A DNA stretch of 53,931 bases from a virus (lineage: Duplodnaviria > Caudoviricetes), in the IMG/VR virus record IMGVR_UViG_3300035667_000105, positions 1 through 53,931 of that record; one strand, given 5' to 3'. The position numbers were made by a program, and so were the translations under genes. The notes beneath the pieces were generated by a model. The model did not search any database. It was not told the origin of the DNA and was given only the letters and a program-made list of their open reading frames with translations. Below are positions 17,921 through 28,242 of the stretch, one piece after another (positions within the stretch are counted from its first letter, which is position 1; each line of letters begins with the position of its first letter).

Positions 17921-20149
17921 TTAAGCGGCTGCGGTGATGTTGGTGCCGGCGATCTTCCACGCCGCGCTGTTGTAGATGACGAGACACCCGGTGCCGACGC
18001 CCGCGCCTTCCTGCACGCCAGCGCCGTTGAAGGCGCGGCAGTTGCTGCACCACACGGTTTTGCCGGTGGCGCCGGCCGGCAGAGTCGCCACGGTGAACGA
18101 CCCGGGAATGAGCCCGCCGGCGACAATCAGGTTGCCGCTGCCGGGATCCGACGTGGTGCCCACTGAAAAACCGCCGGCAATACGGGCCGACTCGGCATTG
18201 TTCATCCCGAGCACGATCGGCATTGCCGGACCGTTGGTGTAGATTTCCAGGCCGTTGCCGCCCTGGCTGATGATCTGCTGGATGAATGAAGCGCCGCCGA
18301 TGCCGTTGCCGCTGTTTTTGATACGGACATAGAGGCCTTCGGCCGGCGTTGCTGCATCGGTTATCGCAAGTGCTGATCCGGTCTGCGTGTTGTTCGCGGC
18401 GGACGAGGCTCCCACAACATGCAGCGCGAAGAGCGGCGCGGCAGTGCCAATGCCGAGGCGGTGATTGCTCGCATCCCAGAACAGGTTGGCGTTGTCCTGG
18501 CTGTAGACGCCGCTGACGCCCGCGAATGTCACGGAGCCTTGCGTGAACGCGGTGCCGGTACCGGTGCCGCCGCGCGCCACGGCCGCGGTGCCGGCGGAAA
18601 GATCGCTGGCGCTGGCGCTGGTGGCGATTGTCGCGAACGCGACGCCGCCGGTCTTGGTCACACTGATGGCGGGACCGGACATCGTCGCATCGCCGCTCAT
18701 GGTCTGAAATGCGACCGCGGTGCCGGCCGAGTTGACACCGAGGAACTGGCTGGCCGTGCCCTGGATGTCGGCGACGTTGGCGGTGGCGTTGCCGGCGACA
18801 CCGATCACCGATCGTGCCACGCCCTGCGCCTGCATCGCGCGGGCAACGACGTTGGCCCCGATCGCTGTCGTGATCGCTCCAGTGCCGGATCCGGACACGT
18901 CGCCGGACATCGTAATGGTCTGGTCGCCGGTGTTGGTGCCGGAATGCGTCCCGCCGTTGATCGTTGGGTTGCCGCCGAGCGTGAGGCTGCGGTCGGCGTT
19001 GCCGAGATTGACCGACAATGTGTGGTTGGCGGTCAGCACTTCGCTGCTGGCGATCTTCAGATCGAACGCCGCGCCGGTCGATCGGACACCCAGGCTGGTC
19101 AGCGCATCGTGCGTGCCGCCGGTGATTGCAGGGGATGTGAGCGCCTTGTTCGTCAGCGTGACAGCCGCGCTGTTCTTGGTCGCGTCCGAAGTGTTGTCGA
19201 CATTGCCAAGGCCAACATCAGCCTTTGCCAGCGAAAGCAGCGTCTTCATTGCTGCGTAACTGGCCGCCGTGATCAACGAGCGGCCGTTTGACGAGGCGTC
19301 GGTGATGTCGGCCGCCGTGATCGCGAGCAACGTTTTCATCGCCGCGTAGTCGGCGGCGGTGAGCAGCGATCGGCCGTTGGCGGATGCGTTCGTAATATCG
19401 GCGGCGGTGATGGCAAGGAGCGTCTTCATCGCCGCGTAGCTGACAGCGGTGATGAGTGACCGGCCATTCGCCGATGCATCGGAGATATCGGCGGCTGCAA
19501 ACGCAATCGCTGCCTTGAGCGCCGCAGCGGTTATGGTGCCGGTGAGTCCAGCGACGCTGTTGACACGATCGGTGTTGTCGATCTTGTCCCACGCCGCGCC
19601 ATCGGAAACCAGCCAGTCACCCACCAGCCAGTCGGTGAAGCCGCCGACGTTGGTGGCGCCGGCGGTGCCGACGATATAGTACCAGCCCTGATTTGCGAGT
19701 GCCGCGGCCGGAATGGCCGGCGTGTTGGTGTTGGCGTTCCAGGTGGCTTGAAACTTCACGGCCCCAAGCACGGATGCCGGAAGTTGCGACGTCGGCAGCT
19801 TGCCGGCGCCGTCGAGACTGGCGATGCCATTGGCCGCGCCCTTGGTGATCAGGACGTCGGCGATTGCGTTGACGATCTCCTGGTGCGTGAACGCCGTGGT
19901 GGCGATGCTGGTGGAATTGTTGCCGGCGCTTTGCGTCGTGGCGGTGGCGTGGGTCAGGTCGGCGCCGTCCAGCGTGGCGCGCAGCAGGATCAGCGCATAG
20001 AGCTCTGCGAGCGTATCGCCGGCAGGATCGACGCCGCTTTTCAGCGCCGCGATCGCGGCGTTGAGTTGGGCGGTCGAGACATCGCCAGGGTCGCCCTTGG
20101 GCCCGCGGACTTGGGCGATCACGGTGTCGGCGGCATTGGTCTGGAACAT
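17921..20149 (-). CDS. Tail fibre protein
   Basis: GAANGIASLDGAGKLP, NRLGIGTAAP..LHV fibre motifs; internal repeats. Confidence 0.8.
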   Translation of the reverse strand: MFQTNAADTVIAQVRGPKGDPGDVSTAQLNAAIAALKSGVDPAGDTLAELYALILLRATLDGADLTHATATTQSAGNNSTSIATTAFTHQEIVNAIADVLITKGAANGIASLDGAGKLPTSQLPASVLGAVKFQATWNANTNTPAIPAAALANQGWYYIVGTAGATNVGGFTDWLVGDWLVSDGAAWDKIDNTDRVNSVAGLTGTITAAALKAAIAFAAADISDASANGRSLITAVSYAAMKTLLAITAADITNASANGRSLLTAADYAAMKTLLAITAADITDASSNGRSLITAASYAAMKTLLSLAKADVGLGNVDNTSDATKNSAAVTLTNKALTSPAITGGTHDALTSLGVRSTGAAFDLKIASSEVLTANHTLSVNLGNADRSLTLGGNPTINGGTHSGTNTGDQTITMSGDVSGSGTGAITTAIGANVVARAMQAQGVARSVIGVAGNATANVADIQGTASQFLGVNSAGTAVAFQTMSGDATMSGPAISVTKTGGVAFATIATSASASDLSAGTAAVARGGTGTGTAFTQGSVTFAGVSGVYSQDNANLFWDASNHRLGIGTAAPLFALHVVGASSAANNTQTGSALAITDAATPAEGLYVRIKNSGNGIGGASFIQQIISQGGNGLEIYTNGPAMPIVLGMNNAESARIAGGFSVGTTSDPGSGNLIVAGGLIPGSFTVATLPAGATGKTVWCSNCRAFNGAGVQEGAGVGTGCLVIYNSAAWKIAGTNITAAA
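19226..19495 (-). repeat. Three tandem 90-bp (30-aa) repeats in the tail fibre
   Basis: AADI(S/T)(D/N)AS(A/S)NGRSL(I/L)TAxxYAAMKTLL x3. Confidence 0.9.
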
Positions 20150-20496
20150 CAGTTCGTCACTCCGAGCCGGACATCGATGACGCCCTCGACGATGCGATCG
20201 ACCTGGCCGCCGGTGGCGGTGCCGACGATGTCGTAGTCGTAGATCCCGAACATGGTCTGCAGCGTCGCTAGCGGAACGGTGCCTGAGATGGTACCGGCGC
20301 CGGCATCGATGGTGAGGCCGTCGGCATCGGTGAGCTCGATCTCGGCCACGGGATGCAGCCTTGAGGCCTTCACCTGCATCCGGAACGCTGTATAGCCGGC
20401 GAACGGAAACGGGCTGCCGTCGCCCATCGTCAGGGCAATCACAAAACCGCCGTCCTCGTTGTTGCCGGTGGCAAAATCGACGCGCGCGGGTTTCAT
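20149..20496 (-). CDS. Fibre adaptor (BppU-N-like) protein
   Basis: FRMQVK..YDYDI..RIVEGVIDV pattern; directly before the fibre. Confidence 0.55.
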   Translation of the reverse strand: MKPARVDFATGNNEDGGFVIALTMGDGSPFPFAGYTAFRMQVKASRLHPVAEIELTDADGLTIDAGAGTISGTVPLATLQTMFGIYDYDIVGTATGGQVDRIVEGVIDVRLGVTN

Positions 20497-20885
20497 GAGG
20501 TGCGGGCCTCGCGGACGATCAGCGGCCGGCGCCAGATCTGGACCTTGTCGCCGCTGCCGTAGACCGCGCGCAAGAACTGCGACCAGCCGGTATTAGGCGA
20601 AGCCGGGATCAGGCTTGCGACGTCGGCCTGCGCCATGGCGATGTGCGCGGCAGCCTTCGCCGCGTCATCGATGAAGAGCTCGGGGGTGCCGGCCGCCGAT
20701 GTCAGCTTGTGGATCAGCGTGGCGTGCCCAAAACTCGGCCGAATCCACAGTTCCAGCGTGGCATCGGTGAGATCCAGCGGCCGCACGCCTTCAAGCGCGC
20801 AAAACGCAAAATTCCAGTCCTCATCGCGGAAGATTTCCTGCTCGCCGAGCGGAATGCCGCGATGGATCAAAACGCGATTGGTCAT
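20493..20885 (-). CDS. Second fibre adaptor-like protein
   Basis: EDW..PLDLTDATLELWIR pattern. Confidence 0.5.
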   Translation of the reverse strand: MTNRVLIHRGIPLGEQEIFRDEDWNFAFCALEGVRPLDLTDATLELWIRPSFGHATLIHKLTSAAGTPELFIDDAAKAAAHIAMAQADVASLIPASPNTGWSQFLRAVYGSGDKVQIWRRPLIVREARTS

Positions 20886-21571
20886 GCCGGCGATGCCTCG
20901 TCGAAATTCAGTGTCAGCGAACCGAACCGGAGCTGATCGAGCGATTTGAGCGCGTCGGCACCTTCGCTGTCGGTAGCGAAGCGCATCTCGCAGACAGGCG
21001 AGGTGAAGTTGACGGATTGGCCGCTACTCGCTGCGACGCGAAGCCATGGCCAAATTTCCAACGTGTAGGGACCTGCGCCCGTCACGGACTGAACGGCGTA
21101 GCCGCGCGTTCCAAGACTGAAGAAATGGCCTGGCCGCGGTGCCGAGCCGGCCGCGACCGCGACCGAAAGCTGGATTGCATTCAGCGCAGCCAGGCTGGTT
21201 ATCGAGGCTCTGATCAGCCCATCCCGGAGATTTGCGGCGTCGGCGAACGGCGTTCCGTCCAGTGAGGGTGTGCGGACGGCGCCTGGCGTCTGTTTGATCC
21301 CCTGCGCATTTACAGCCCAGGGTGCCCTTGCGAGGTCGAACATCGGCAATGCGACGGTGCTGGCGCGGCCGCGCATGGACATGACGAAGGCGCGCAGCGC
21401 GAGGACGTCGTCATCGGTCCTGACGGGAAACCGGTAGCTCGCCTGCCAGCGATCGTTCATGGTCGAGGCAACCTGCTCGATCCCGGAAAGCGACTGGCCG
21501 CCGCCAAGCGTTTTTGCATAATTGATAAAGCCGCCGGCGATCGGCCGGAGCCCTGAGGGGAACGTCAGCAT
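20882..21571 (-). CDS. Distal tail/baseplate protein
   Basis: SLSGIEQV..RWQASY..IWPWLR..NFTSPVCEMR; position. Confidence 0.6.
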   Translation of the reverse strand: MLTFPSGLRPIAGGFINYAKTLGGGQSLSGIEQVASTMNDRWQASYRFPVRTDDDVLALRAFVMSMRGRASTVALPMFDLARAPWAVNAQGIKQTPGAVRTPSLDGTPFADAANLRDGLIRASITSLAALNAIQLSVAVAAGSAPRPGHFFSLGTRGYAVQSVTGAGPYTLEIWPWLRVAASSGQSVNFTSPVCEMRFATDSEGADALKSLDQLRFGSLTLNFDEASPA

Positions 21572-21584
21572 TGCGGCCTCGCGG

Positions 21585-23351
21585 TCAGCTTACGGTGATC
21601 CCGAACACCGGGACCCAATCGCTGCGCTGCGAGCCGGAGCGGAAACGCACCTGGACGTCGTAATCGTCGGGCGGAAGCGCCGGCGTTACCGCAGAATCCT
21701 GGGTTTCGGCGACCGAGGCGTCGAACCAGTTGTGCGCGCCGCTCACGCTGTATTGCGCCTGGGCAGTAATGAAGCCTGGAACGGGCGCGGTCCAGGTGAT
21801 GGTGATGACGCCGGCATCCGAAGAAGCGACGACGTTAACCGGGGCGGTAATTCCGCCGCTGCTATCATCCACCGGCGGCGGCTCCGGCTCGCTGCCTTCC
21901 TCTGTGTCGGCATCCCAGTCGAAGGCCGACTGGTCTAGCGCGGAAATGCCAATGCTGCATTTCAGCGATGCGGTGTTGAAGTTGAACGACGTGACCTCAA
22001 AGGTGTGGTCGATCTCGAGTTCCGAAATCCTGACGCGGATATAGCGCTCGCCCCATGCACGCAGGCCGCCAATCTCGGTGACGATCGTTCCCGACCATTC
22101 CGGAGTGAAGCGGGCCAACGCCAGCTTCATCAGCCGTCGCGCCTGCGGATGGAAATAGACCCACCTCAGGTCGACATCGCGGCTTTCTTCTTTGGCGGCC
22201 TCGTCGATCGCGGCTTCATCGCGCCAGGCCTGGGCGTCGTTCTCCTGAAAGTCTAAGTTGGCCGCGGTATATTTGGCGGTGACCTGGTTGACCGGGATCA
22301 GCGAGTTCGAAGGACCGCGCCGCAGCGAATCGTATCCGATGATGTCGTCGTCATCCAGCGTCACCGTTGGCGCGATGGTCTTGCCGACGCGGATGCCGAT
22401 CGCACCGTCCGCGCGCTGATAGGTCTGGCCGTCGCAGGTGGAATGGATCGAAGCCAGCACGGTTTTCGGCGGCGACGGCAGGTCATAGCCGCCGGCGCAG
22501 GCATAGCGCGGCGCAGTTCCGCCACCCCTCAGCGCCATCGACTCGTCGCAAATGTCGGCGGCGGGTATCCAGTCCTCATTGATGGCGGCATCGGTAAAAA
22601 GGATGTCGTCGAAGACCGCGAGGCCCATGCCCTTCTTGACGCGGTGATAATCGAGCGAATGCAGAACGCCGTTGACGCTGTACTTCCACGTGCTCTTGTC
22701 GTCGCGATGCTGGGAAACGTCGCGCGGATCCCAGACCTTGGCGGATCGCAGCACGGCACGATAAACCGGCGGAACGCCGCCCGGGTAGACGGTGGTGAAA
22801 TCCTCGGCCTTGGGCTGCTCGAAGATGGCGAGCACCTTGGCGATGCCGTTGCCCCGATGCGCTGATGTCCACAGCGCAGGAAAGGCCGTAACCAAAGGTT
22901 CGAACGCCACGTCGCTGTCGGTGCCCAGGGTTTTGAAGATCTGGGCATAATGGTGGTCGCCGAGCCGGAAGCCGGAGGTGACCGTACCAGAGCCGTCGAC
23001 GTCGCCGCCGTTCTGGTCGAAGAAATGATCCTGAAAGCTGTCGATTTCGTCGGCGTTGAGGGCAATCACTTGATAGCGGCGGCCGTCCTTGACCTCCGAC
23101 AGCAAAATCGGGCCGGCCACCTTGACCAGGCCGTAGTTGCGCCGGCGCGCCTGCGCAGACTGGCGCACCGTCAGCTGGCCGTCCTGCGGCTTCGGCGCGT
23201 CGGGACGGTTGAGCAGGAGGCTGCCGCCGATCGCCGCGCTCGCCAGCGCCACGTTGCCGACGACGGCGGCGCTCTCGGCGGTTATGGCGAACCCCGCGAT
23301 TTCCGCGATGCCGGCCGCATTAAGGATCAAAAAGCCGACTGCCGTGGGCAT
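21585..23351 (-). CDS. Tail tip/central fibre (J-like) protein with C-terminal FN3
   Basis: RRRNYGLVKVAG, KVWDPR..STWKYS, RYACAG; start MPTAVG. Confidence 0.75.
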   Translation of the reverse strand: MPTAVGFLILNAAGIAEIAGFAITAESAAVVGNVALASAAIGGSLLLNRPDAPKPQDGQLTVRQSAQARRRNYGLVKVAGPILLSEVKDGRRYQVIALNADEIDSFQDHFFDQNGGDVDGSGTVTSGFRLGDHHYAQIFKTLGTDSDVAFEPLVTAFPALWTSAHRGNGIAKVLAIFEQPKAEDFTTVYPGGVPPVYRAVLRSAKVWDPRDVSQHRDDKSTWKYSVNGVLHSLDYHRVKKGMGLAVFDDILFTDAAINEDWIPAADICDESMALRGGGTAPRYACAGGYDLPSPPKTVLASIHSTCDGQTYQRADGAIGIRVGKTIAPTVTLDDDDIIGYDSLRRGPSNSLIPVNQVTAKYTAANLDFQENDAQAWRDEAAIDEAAKEESRDVDLRWVYFHPQARRLMKLALARFTPEWSGTIVTEIGGLRAWGERYIRVRISELEIDHTFEVTSFNFNTASLKCSIGISALDQSAFDWDADTEEGSEPEPPPVDDSSGGITAPVNVVASSDAGVITITWTAPVPGFITAQAQYSVSGAHNWFDASVAETQDSAVTPALPPDDYDVQVRFRSGSQRSDWVPVFGITVS

Positions 23352-23761
23352 TAAACCGACCAGGCCGCAACGAGGCGCGCTATCCCGATATCCACGCGCG
23401 ACAGGCCGTTTTCGCCGAGAAGGACATAACCTGCGCCGGCCATGATCGATCCGCGTGCAACCCCATCTGCCAACGCTATTAAGGCAACGTCGCCGGGTTC
23501 CGGCGACCGCGTCCGGCGTAAGCCCGAAGCGCCGAGGACACGATGAAAACCGACCGGCAAGCTGCGCGCACCGGCAAGCGCGAGGCCTTCGGATAGATCG
23601 TCGTAACGGCCCCGGATGTGCGACGCAGGATCGACCCCCCGCATCTCCGCGCACCAGTCCGCGACGAACAGAAAACAATCGAACGAGCCATATTTGAAAC
23701 GTCTCGCGGCTGCCCGCCGCAGATATGCGGGAAGTGCTTCAGTAATTCGGGAACGCTTCAC
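23351..23761 (-). CDS. NlpC/P60-like tail protein
   Basis: FKYGSFDCFLFVADW..GVDPA..RGRY..PGDVAL; GTG start inferred. Confidence 0.75.
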   Translation of the reverse strand: MKRSRITEALPAYLRRAAARRFKYGSFDCFLFVADWCAEMRGVDPASHIRGRYDDLSEGLALAGARSLPVGFHRVLGASGLRRTRSPEPGDVALIALADGVARGSIMAGAGYVLLGENGLSRVDIGIARLVAAWSV

Positions 23762-24299
23762 GTTTGAAGACGAGGTACGGCGTGCGCTCACAGGCGCGAT
23801 CGCCGGGAAATTCGCGCTGCTGGTCCTGGTCGGTGTAGTAACCATTGGCGCCGTTGTTCCGTCCGATGTAGGGCGATTCGTGGATGATCGCGATCGACCG
23901 TGTGTCGCCATCGCGGCTGACCTCCATGCCTGTCATGATGCGCAGCGCCAGCGCGCAGGGATTGCTGACCAGCCGGCGGTCTTTGAAGCCTTGCAGAAAG
24001 ATCGAGACCGGGCGCTGCAGATATTCCGGCTCTTCGCCGATCGCTGTTGCGAGCAGACTTGGCGACACCCCGGAAACCGTGAGCCGGCCGGCGGTGGCCG
24101 CGGTCGACGACAACTGCGCCAGGCCCTCGATCGAAACCACCTCGCCGAGACCGCCCCAGAGATTGCCGTCGAGCGTCTTGAGCGGGCCGAAGCCGGTCCA
24201 GACGCGTTTGGTCGCGGAAACGAAGTTGAACTTGATCAGGAACGCTACCGCGGGATCGCGGGACGCGATGACGTCGTTGACCGCAGTGGGGAATGCCAT
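23739..24299 (-). CDS. Minor tail (hub) protein
   Basis: RVWTGFG..WGGLG..YTDQDQQREFPGDR. Confidence 0.7.
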   Translation of the reverse strand: MAFPTAVNDVIASRDPAVAFLIKFNFVSATKRVWTGFGPLKTLDGNLWGGLGEVVSIEGLAQLSSTAATAGRLTVSGVSPSLLATAIGEEPEYLQRPVSIFLQGFKDRRLVSNPCALALRIMTGMEVSRDGDTRSIAIIHESPYIGRNNGANGYYTDQDQQREFPGDRACERTPYLVFKREAFPNY

Positions 24300-26380
24300 C
24301 AGGCGACGCGCTGCAGATGTTCATTGACGGCTTTCAAGGCGAGGCCGGGCACCTGGCTGAGAACGGCGCGCGCACCCTGGGCTGTGCCCTGCGCGACCAT
24401 CTGACGGATGGCGGCGTCGCCATTGGCGCCGGCAAGACTGACGGTGAGTGCGAAACTGTTGCCGCCGCCGGACCGGGTCGCGACATTGTTTGGAATGATC
24501 TGCGCGCCCTTGGGCACGTTGAGGATCTCCGGGCCCTTTTCGCCCACCCAGGTGGGTCCGCCGCCCCAGTTATCGGTGCCCTCGGCATTGCGGCCGATAC
24601 CTCCGAGCCCGAGGGCAGCCGTGAACGGACTGAGCCCGCCGGAAGCCGGCGCGTTGAAGAAGGATGCAAAAAGAGAATTAATGCCGGCCCGCCCCATCGT
24701 TTTGAGCAGGCTCTGCAGGACGTCGTTGAGCTTTTTTGACTCCAGCACGGCATCGCCAAAGGCCGTCGACAGTCCGGAGCCGAACTGCTGGCTGGCGCTG
24801 TTGATCTTGTCGAGCGATTCCTTGGCCTGGTCGTATTTGGCTGTCGCAGTAGCGACGTTCTGCGACACCGTCAGAAACGAATTGGCGTGGTCCTTGTTGA
24901 GCGTGATGCCGGCGCCGGCGAGCGCCTGCTGCGCCGACATCGACTGCCGCAACCGCTCATAGGTGTCGATCTGCTTCTGATCGACCTCGCCCTTGTCGCG
25001 CATGATGGCGGTGAGTAATTGAAACTCGGCGCGGAATTGGGCCTGGGCGGCGTTGTTCTGAAACACCGCCGCGGTGTCGGCATTGATCGTCGCGGTGCGC
25101 TTGGTGATGGAGTCGACGCCTTTGTCGAATTGATCGCGCGCCTCCGCTGCCACCTTCTGTCCCGGATTGACGCTCGGGTTGCCTTTGTCAGGCTTTCCCG
25201 CGACCGTGCCGTCGAGCTTCTTCTGGGCCTCCTCGAGCCGCTTGATCGTATCGTTGACGGCGTCGAGTGCGGATTGACCGGCATCCTTACGGTAAACATT
25301 GGCCTTCAAAGCATCACTCGGATTAAGAGCTTCGCCGGCACGTTCGACCGGCTCGCTCCTGGTGCCCGTGACCAGGTCCGCATAGCGATTGAACTTACTC
25401 TGTCCGCTCTCGGCTGGGGCAGCCTTTTGAAGTTCGTCGCGGATACGACGATACTCGGCGAGCTCGTTTTCAATTTTCCCCTTGCTCAGCGATGCGATGT
25501 CAGGCGGACGATAAAAATCCTGGATATTCTTGATGAAGCTGTAAGCCGACTGTACCGCGCTGATGACCTTCACCGCGCCGTTGACGGCTTCATTCAGCAG
25601 CGGCAACACGCCGGCGACGGCCGACTTCATCTGCGCGCCCCAAACCGAGGATGCCTTGTTCCACTCGGTATCGAACTCCTTGGCCTTTTTGATCGTGGCG
25701 TCGTCGATGACGGCACCGGCCTTGTTGGCCTCCGATGCCAGCTGCAGGAACCGGCCGCTGCTCTCGAAAATCCGCTGCGAAAAGTCCCGCGTCAGGCCGA
25801 TCATCTGGCCCATTTGCAGGGCGTCCTGCAGGCTCGGCGCCCGCTGGATGACGTCAACAGAGGCCCTGAGCAACTTGTCCATGTCGACAAGCTTGCCGTT
25901 TGTATCCTTCAACGGCACACCGTTTGCCGCCATCACCCGGTTAAGGTCATTGGCCTCGAATTTTGCGCGCTGCAGGTTTTCCGCCACACGGTCGATCGAA
26001 CTCGAGAAGTCGGTGTCCGAGACGCCGATCGCGCCGGCGCCGAACTTGTATTCCTGAAACCGGCGCAGCGAGAGACCGGCGCGGTTTGCGGCCGAATCCA
26101 TATCGGCCAGATATTTGTTGGCCTGCACAACCCCGGCAATGACGGCCGCGAATGCGAGGCCGGCGATTCCGGCGATGCCACCGAATGTGCTGGCCGCTCC
26201 GACCACCATGCCGGTGAGCGATGCATTGTAGTTTTGCGTCGAAAACGACGGGTTGAAGGCCGCGAACTTGCCCTCGATCGCCGACACGGCCTGGTCTGCC
26301 TTGCCGCCCAGCTGGTTCATTTTTCCATTGAACTTGTCGAGCTTCGCATCGACGTCGACGGAAAGGGCGGGCAATCCCAT
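24299..26380 (-). CDS. Tape measure protein
   Basis: 693 aa, helical and Ala-rich; C-terminal WVGEKGPEIL. Confidence 0.88.
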   Translation of the reverse strand: MGLPALSVDVDAKLDKFNGKMNQLGGKADQAVSAIEGKFAAFNPSFSTQNYNASLTGMVVGAASTFGGIAGIAGLAFAAVIAGVVQANKYLADMDSAANRAGLSLRRFQEYKFGAGAIGVSDTDFSSSIDRVAENLQRAKFEANDLNRVMAANGVPLKDTNGKLVDMDKLLRASVDVIQRAPSLQDALQMGQMIGLTRDFSQRIFESSGRFLQLASEANKAGAVIDDATIKKAKEFDTEWNKASSVWGAQMKSAVAGVLPLLNEAVNGAVKVISAVQSAYSFIKNIQDFYRPPDIASLSKGKIENELAEYRRIRDELQKAAPAESGQSKFNRYADLVTGTRSEPVERAGEALNPSDALKANVYRKDAGQSALDAVNDTIKRLEEAQKKLDGTVAGKPDKGNPSVNPGQKVAAEARDQFDKGVDSITKRTATINADTAAVFQNNAAQAQFRAEFQLLTAIMRDKGEVDQKQIDTYERLRQSMSAQQALAGAGITLNKDHANSFLTVSQNVATATAKYDQAKESLDKINSASQQFGSGLSTAFGDAVLESKKLNDVLQSLLKTMGRAGINSLFASFFNAPASGGLSPFTAALGLGGIGRNAEGTDNWGGGPTWVGEKGPEILNVPKGAQIIPNNVATRSGGGNSFALTVSLAGANGDAAIRQMVAQGTAQGARAVLSQVPGLALKAVNEHLQRVA

Positions 26381-26443
26381 CTTAAGTACCTCAACTCAAC
26401 AGATGGGCGTATTTATCGACCAGCTCGCGCTCGCGCGCTTCGC

Positions 26444-27007
26444 TCATCGGCTCCGGCGCCGAGGTTTCCGAACCGTGGCACGCGTTCCAGCCTTCGACCG
26501 CGGCTGCGAGCTCCCACGGCGTGATTTGATCGATCTCGCGGGGACCGAGGCCGATGGCGGCTCCGGATCCATAGGCTGCGGAGCGGGTGAAGTAGAATCT
26601 GCCTCTACCTCGCTCTTGACCCCCTCCGCCGTCGTTTTTCCCAATTCGTCTCCGGGCGGGCCCACCAGGGCGGCCGCCAGGATGCGCCAGGCGAGCTCTA
26701 CGTTCTCCACCTGCGGCCGGGCGTCGACATAGCGCTGCACCAGCACCAGGGCCTCAGTGGGCTTGGCGCCGCCGCCGATCAAGCCGAGCCGGATGGTTTC
26801 GCGGATGTCGGCAAGGCGCCAGGAGCCGAGCCGGAGCCGGTCGTAGGTTTCCTTCGGACCGGACGGGATCAGGATGCGGCTGTCATCAGCGCCGACCGCG
26901 GTGATGCCGCATTTATCCTGGTGTTCGAAGATCTGGGCATATTGCGACAGGCAGAAATTGTAGACGCCGTCGCCGAACGGCAGCTCGATGGTGCCGAAGG
27001 CGCTCAC
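26444..27007 (-). CDS. Tail assembly chaperone (GTA gp10-like); -1 frameshift form ends at 26391
   Basis: DIRETIRLGLIGGG; GGGAAAA slippery site at 26636-26642. Confidence 0.85.
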   Translation of the reverse strand: MSAFGTIELPFGDGVYNFCLSQYAQIFEHQDKCGITAVGADDSRILIPSGPKETYDRLRLGSWRLADIRETIRLGLIGGGAKPTEALVLVQRYVDARPQVENVELAWRILAAALVGPPGDELGKTTAEGVKSEVEADSTSPAPQPMDPEPPSASVPARSIKSRRGSSQPRSKAGTRATVRKPRRRSR

Positions 27008-27423
27008 GAAACCCTCGTAATCTTGCCATCCGAGGTCAGCTTGCCCTGGAACGTGACCTTCTTGCCCTTCTCAGCTGAGGCCGTCAGCGAGATCTTGAAC
27101 GCGCCGTCAAGGCGTCGGTTCTTGATAATCAGCCGGGCATTGCGGGAATCGCCGGACAGCGCCCAATCGAGCAGCGCATCGAAATCGTCGTCATCGAGGG
27201 TGCCGGCAATGTTGCCGGACGCCGACATGGAGACGGTGTCTCGATCGAGCCAGGCCGGTAAGTCCTCGTCGCTGCAGTCAGGGAGCGCAGTATCCGATGT
27301 GTTGGGTTCGATCGCAAAATCACGCGAAGTCACGCCGCAGGGCCTGGAGAACGTTTCCGGCGCAGCCCCGTCACCGAACTGAAAGACGAATTCCGAGTAT
27401 TTTAGCGAATTGGCAGCGGCCAT
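27004..27423 (-). CDS. Major tail tube protein
   Basis: GDGAAPETFSRPCGVTS..PDCSDEDLPAW. Confidence 0.88.
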   Translation of the reverse strand: MAAANSLKYSEFVFQFGDGAAPETFSRPCGVTSRDFAIEPNTSDTALPDCSDEDLPAWLDRDTVSMSASGNIAGTLDDDDFDALLDWALSGDSRNARLIIKNRRLDGAFKISLTASAEKGKKVTFQGKLTSDGKITRVS

Positions 27424-27436
27424 GGCTGTTGGCTCC

Positions 27437-27847
27437 TCAGTCGGTCAGGATGGAAAAAACGAGGACGCCGTGGCTGGTCTTGCCATCGGGGTCGGCGAGA
27501 TAGTTCAGGGTTTCGAGCAGGCAGGAATTGACGCGGACGTCCGGCGTGGTCAGGTCCGCGTCATCGAGCGCCGCGACTATCGCGCGGCCCAATTTCTTGT
27601 TTTCGGTCGAGCCGACCTTTTCTTCCGGCCGCGACCAGGTGTGCAGCGTCATAAAAACCTGAGCGCCCTGCAGGCAATCGCCGCTCTCTGGGATCACCTG
27701 AAAGTCGCCGAAGCTTGTGCAAGGAAAGATCGCGTTCGGCGGCACCTCGTCGTAAACCCGCTTCGATATCATCCCCGACACTGCGGCGTCGGCGATCAAC
27801 GTTGCATAGACCGATCGTTGCAGCGCTTCGGAGGGATCGTTGATCAA
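27437..27847 (-). CDS. Tail terminator (DUF3168)
   Basis: ALQRSVYATL..RVYDEVP..DPDGKTSHGV. Confidence 0.85.
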   Translation of the reverse strand: MINDPSEALQRSVYATLIADAAVSGMISKRVYDEVPPNAIFPCTSFGDFQVIPESGDCLQGAQVFMTLHTWSRPEEKVGSTENKKLGRAIVAALDDADLTTPDVRVNSCLLETLNYLADPDGKTSHGVLVFSILTD

Positions 27848-28242
27848 GATGTGATGTCCGACGCGATGCCGTCCGCGATGCGCTTCTTCATTTCAGCTTT
27901 GCGCGCCCGGTAAGTGGTGAAGAAAAATGGGATTGCCGGCATCGTGACCGTGCTGAATTCCTCGCCTCGGACATAGTCGAATGTCTTGCCGGAGCCCTTG
28001 CGGACTTCCTTGGTTGTGAGGTCGCCGCCGGCGGTGACACGAAACCGACTCGCCTTGCTGGTCTTGGCGACCTGGATTGATTCGACGGTGTTGCCGGAGC
28101 GGCGGTGCGCGCCGGCGGCATCCTTCATTGCCGCGGCAAGACCGTTCGCCTCGTTTTCGACGCGCGCCGGCAGCCTGGCTTTCGCTCGAGCGGAGATGTC
28201 GCGAAGCGCGGCCTTGAATGCCTGGACCGACGCGTTCGCCAT
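27844..28242 (-). CDS. HK97 gp10-like neck protein
   Basis: SGNTVESI..YVRGEEF..MPAIPFF. Confidence 0.75.
   Translation of the reverse strand: MANASVQAFKAALRDISARAKARLPARVENEANGLAAAMKDAAGAHRRSGNTVESIQVAKTSKASRFRVTAGGDLTTKEVRKGSGKTFDYVRGEEFSTVTMPAIPFFFTTYRARKAEMKKRIADGIASDITS

Noticed and set aside
25019-26524. Long plus-strand ORFs opposite structural genes (also 32083..33141, 35077..36480, 43544..44710)
   Set aside because: Antisense shadow ORFs typical of high-GC coding DNA, with no recognisable motifs.
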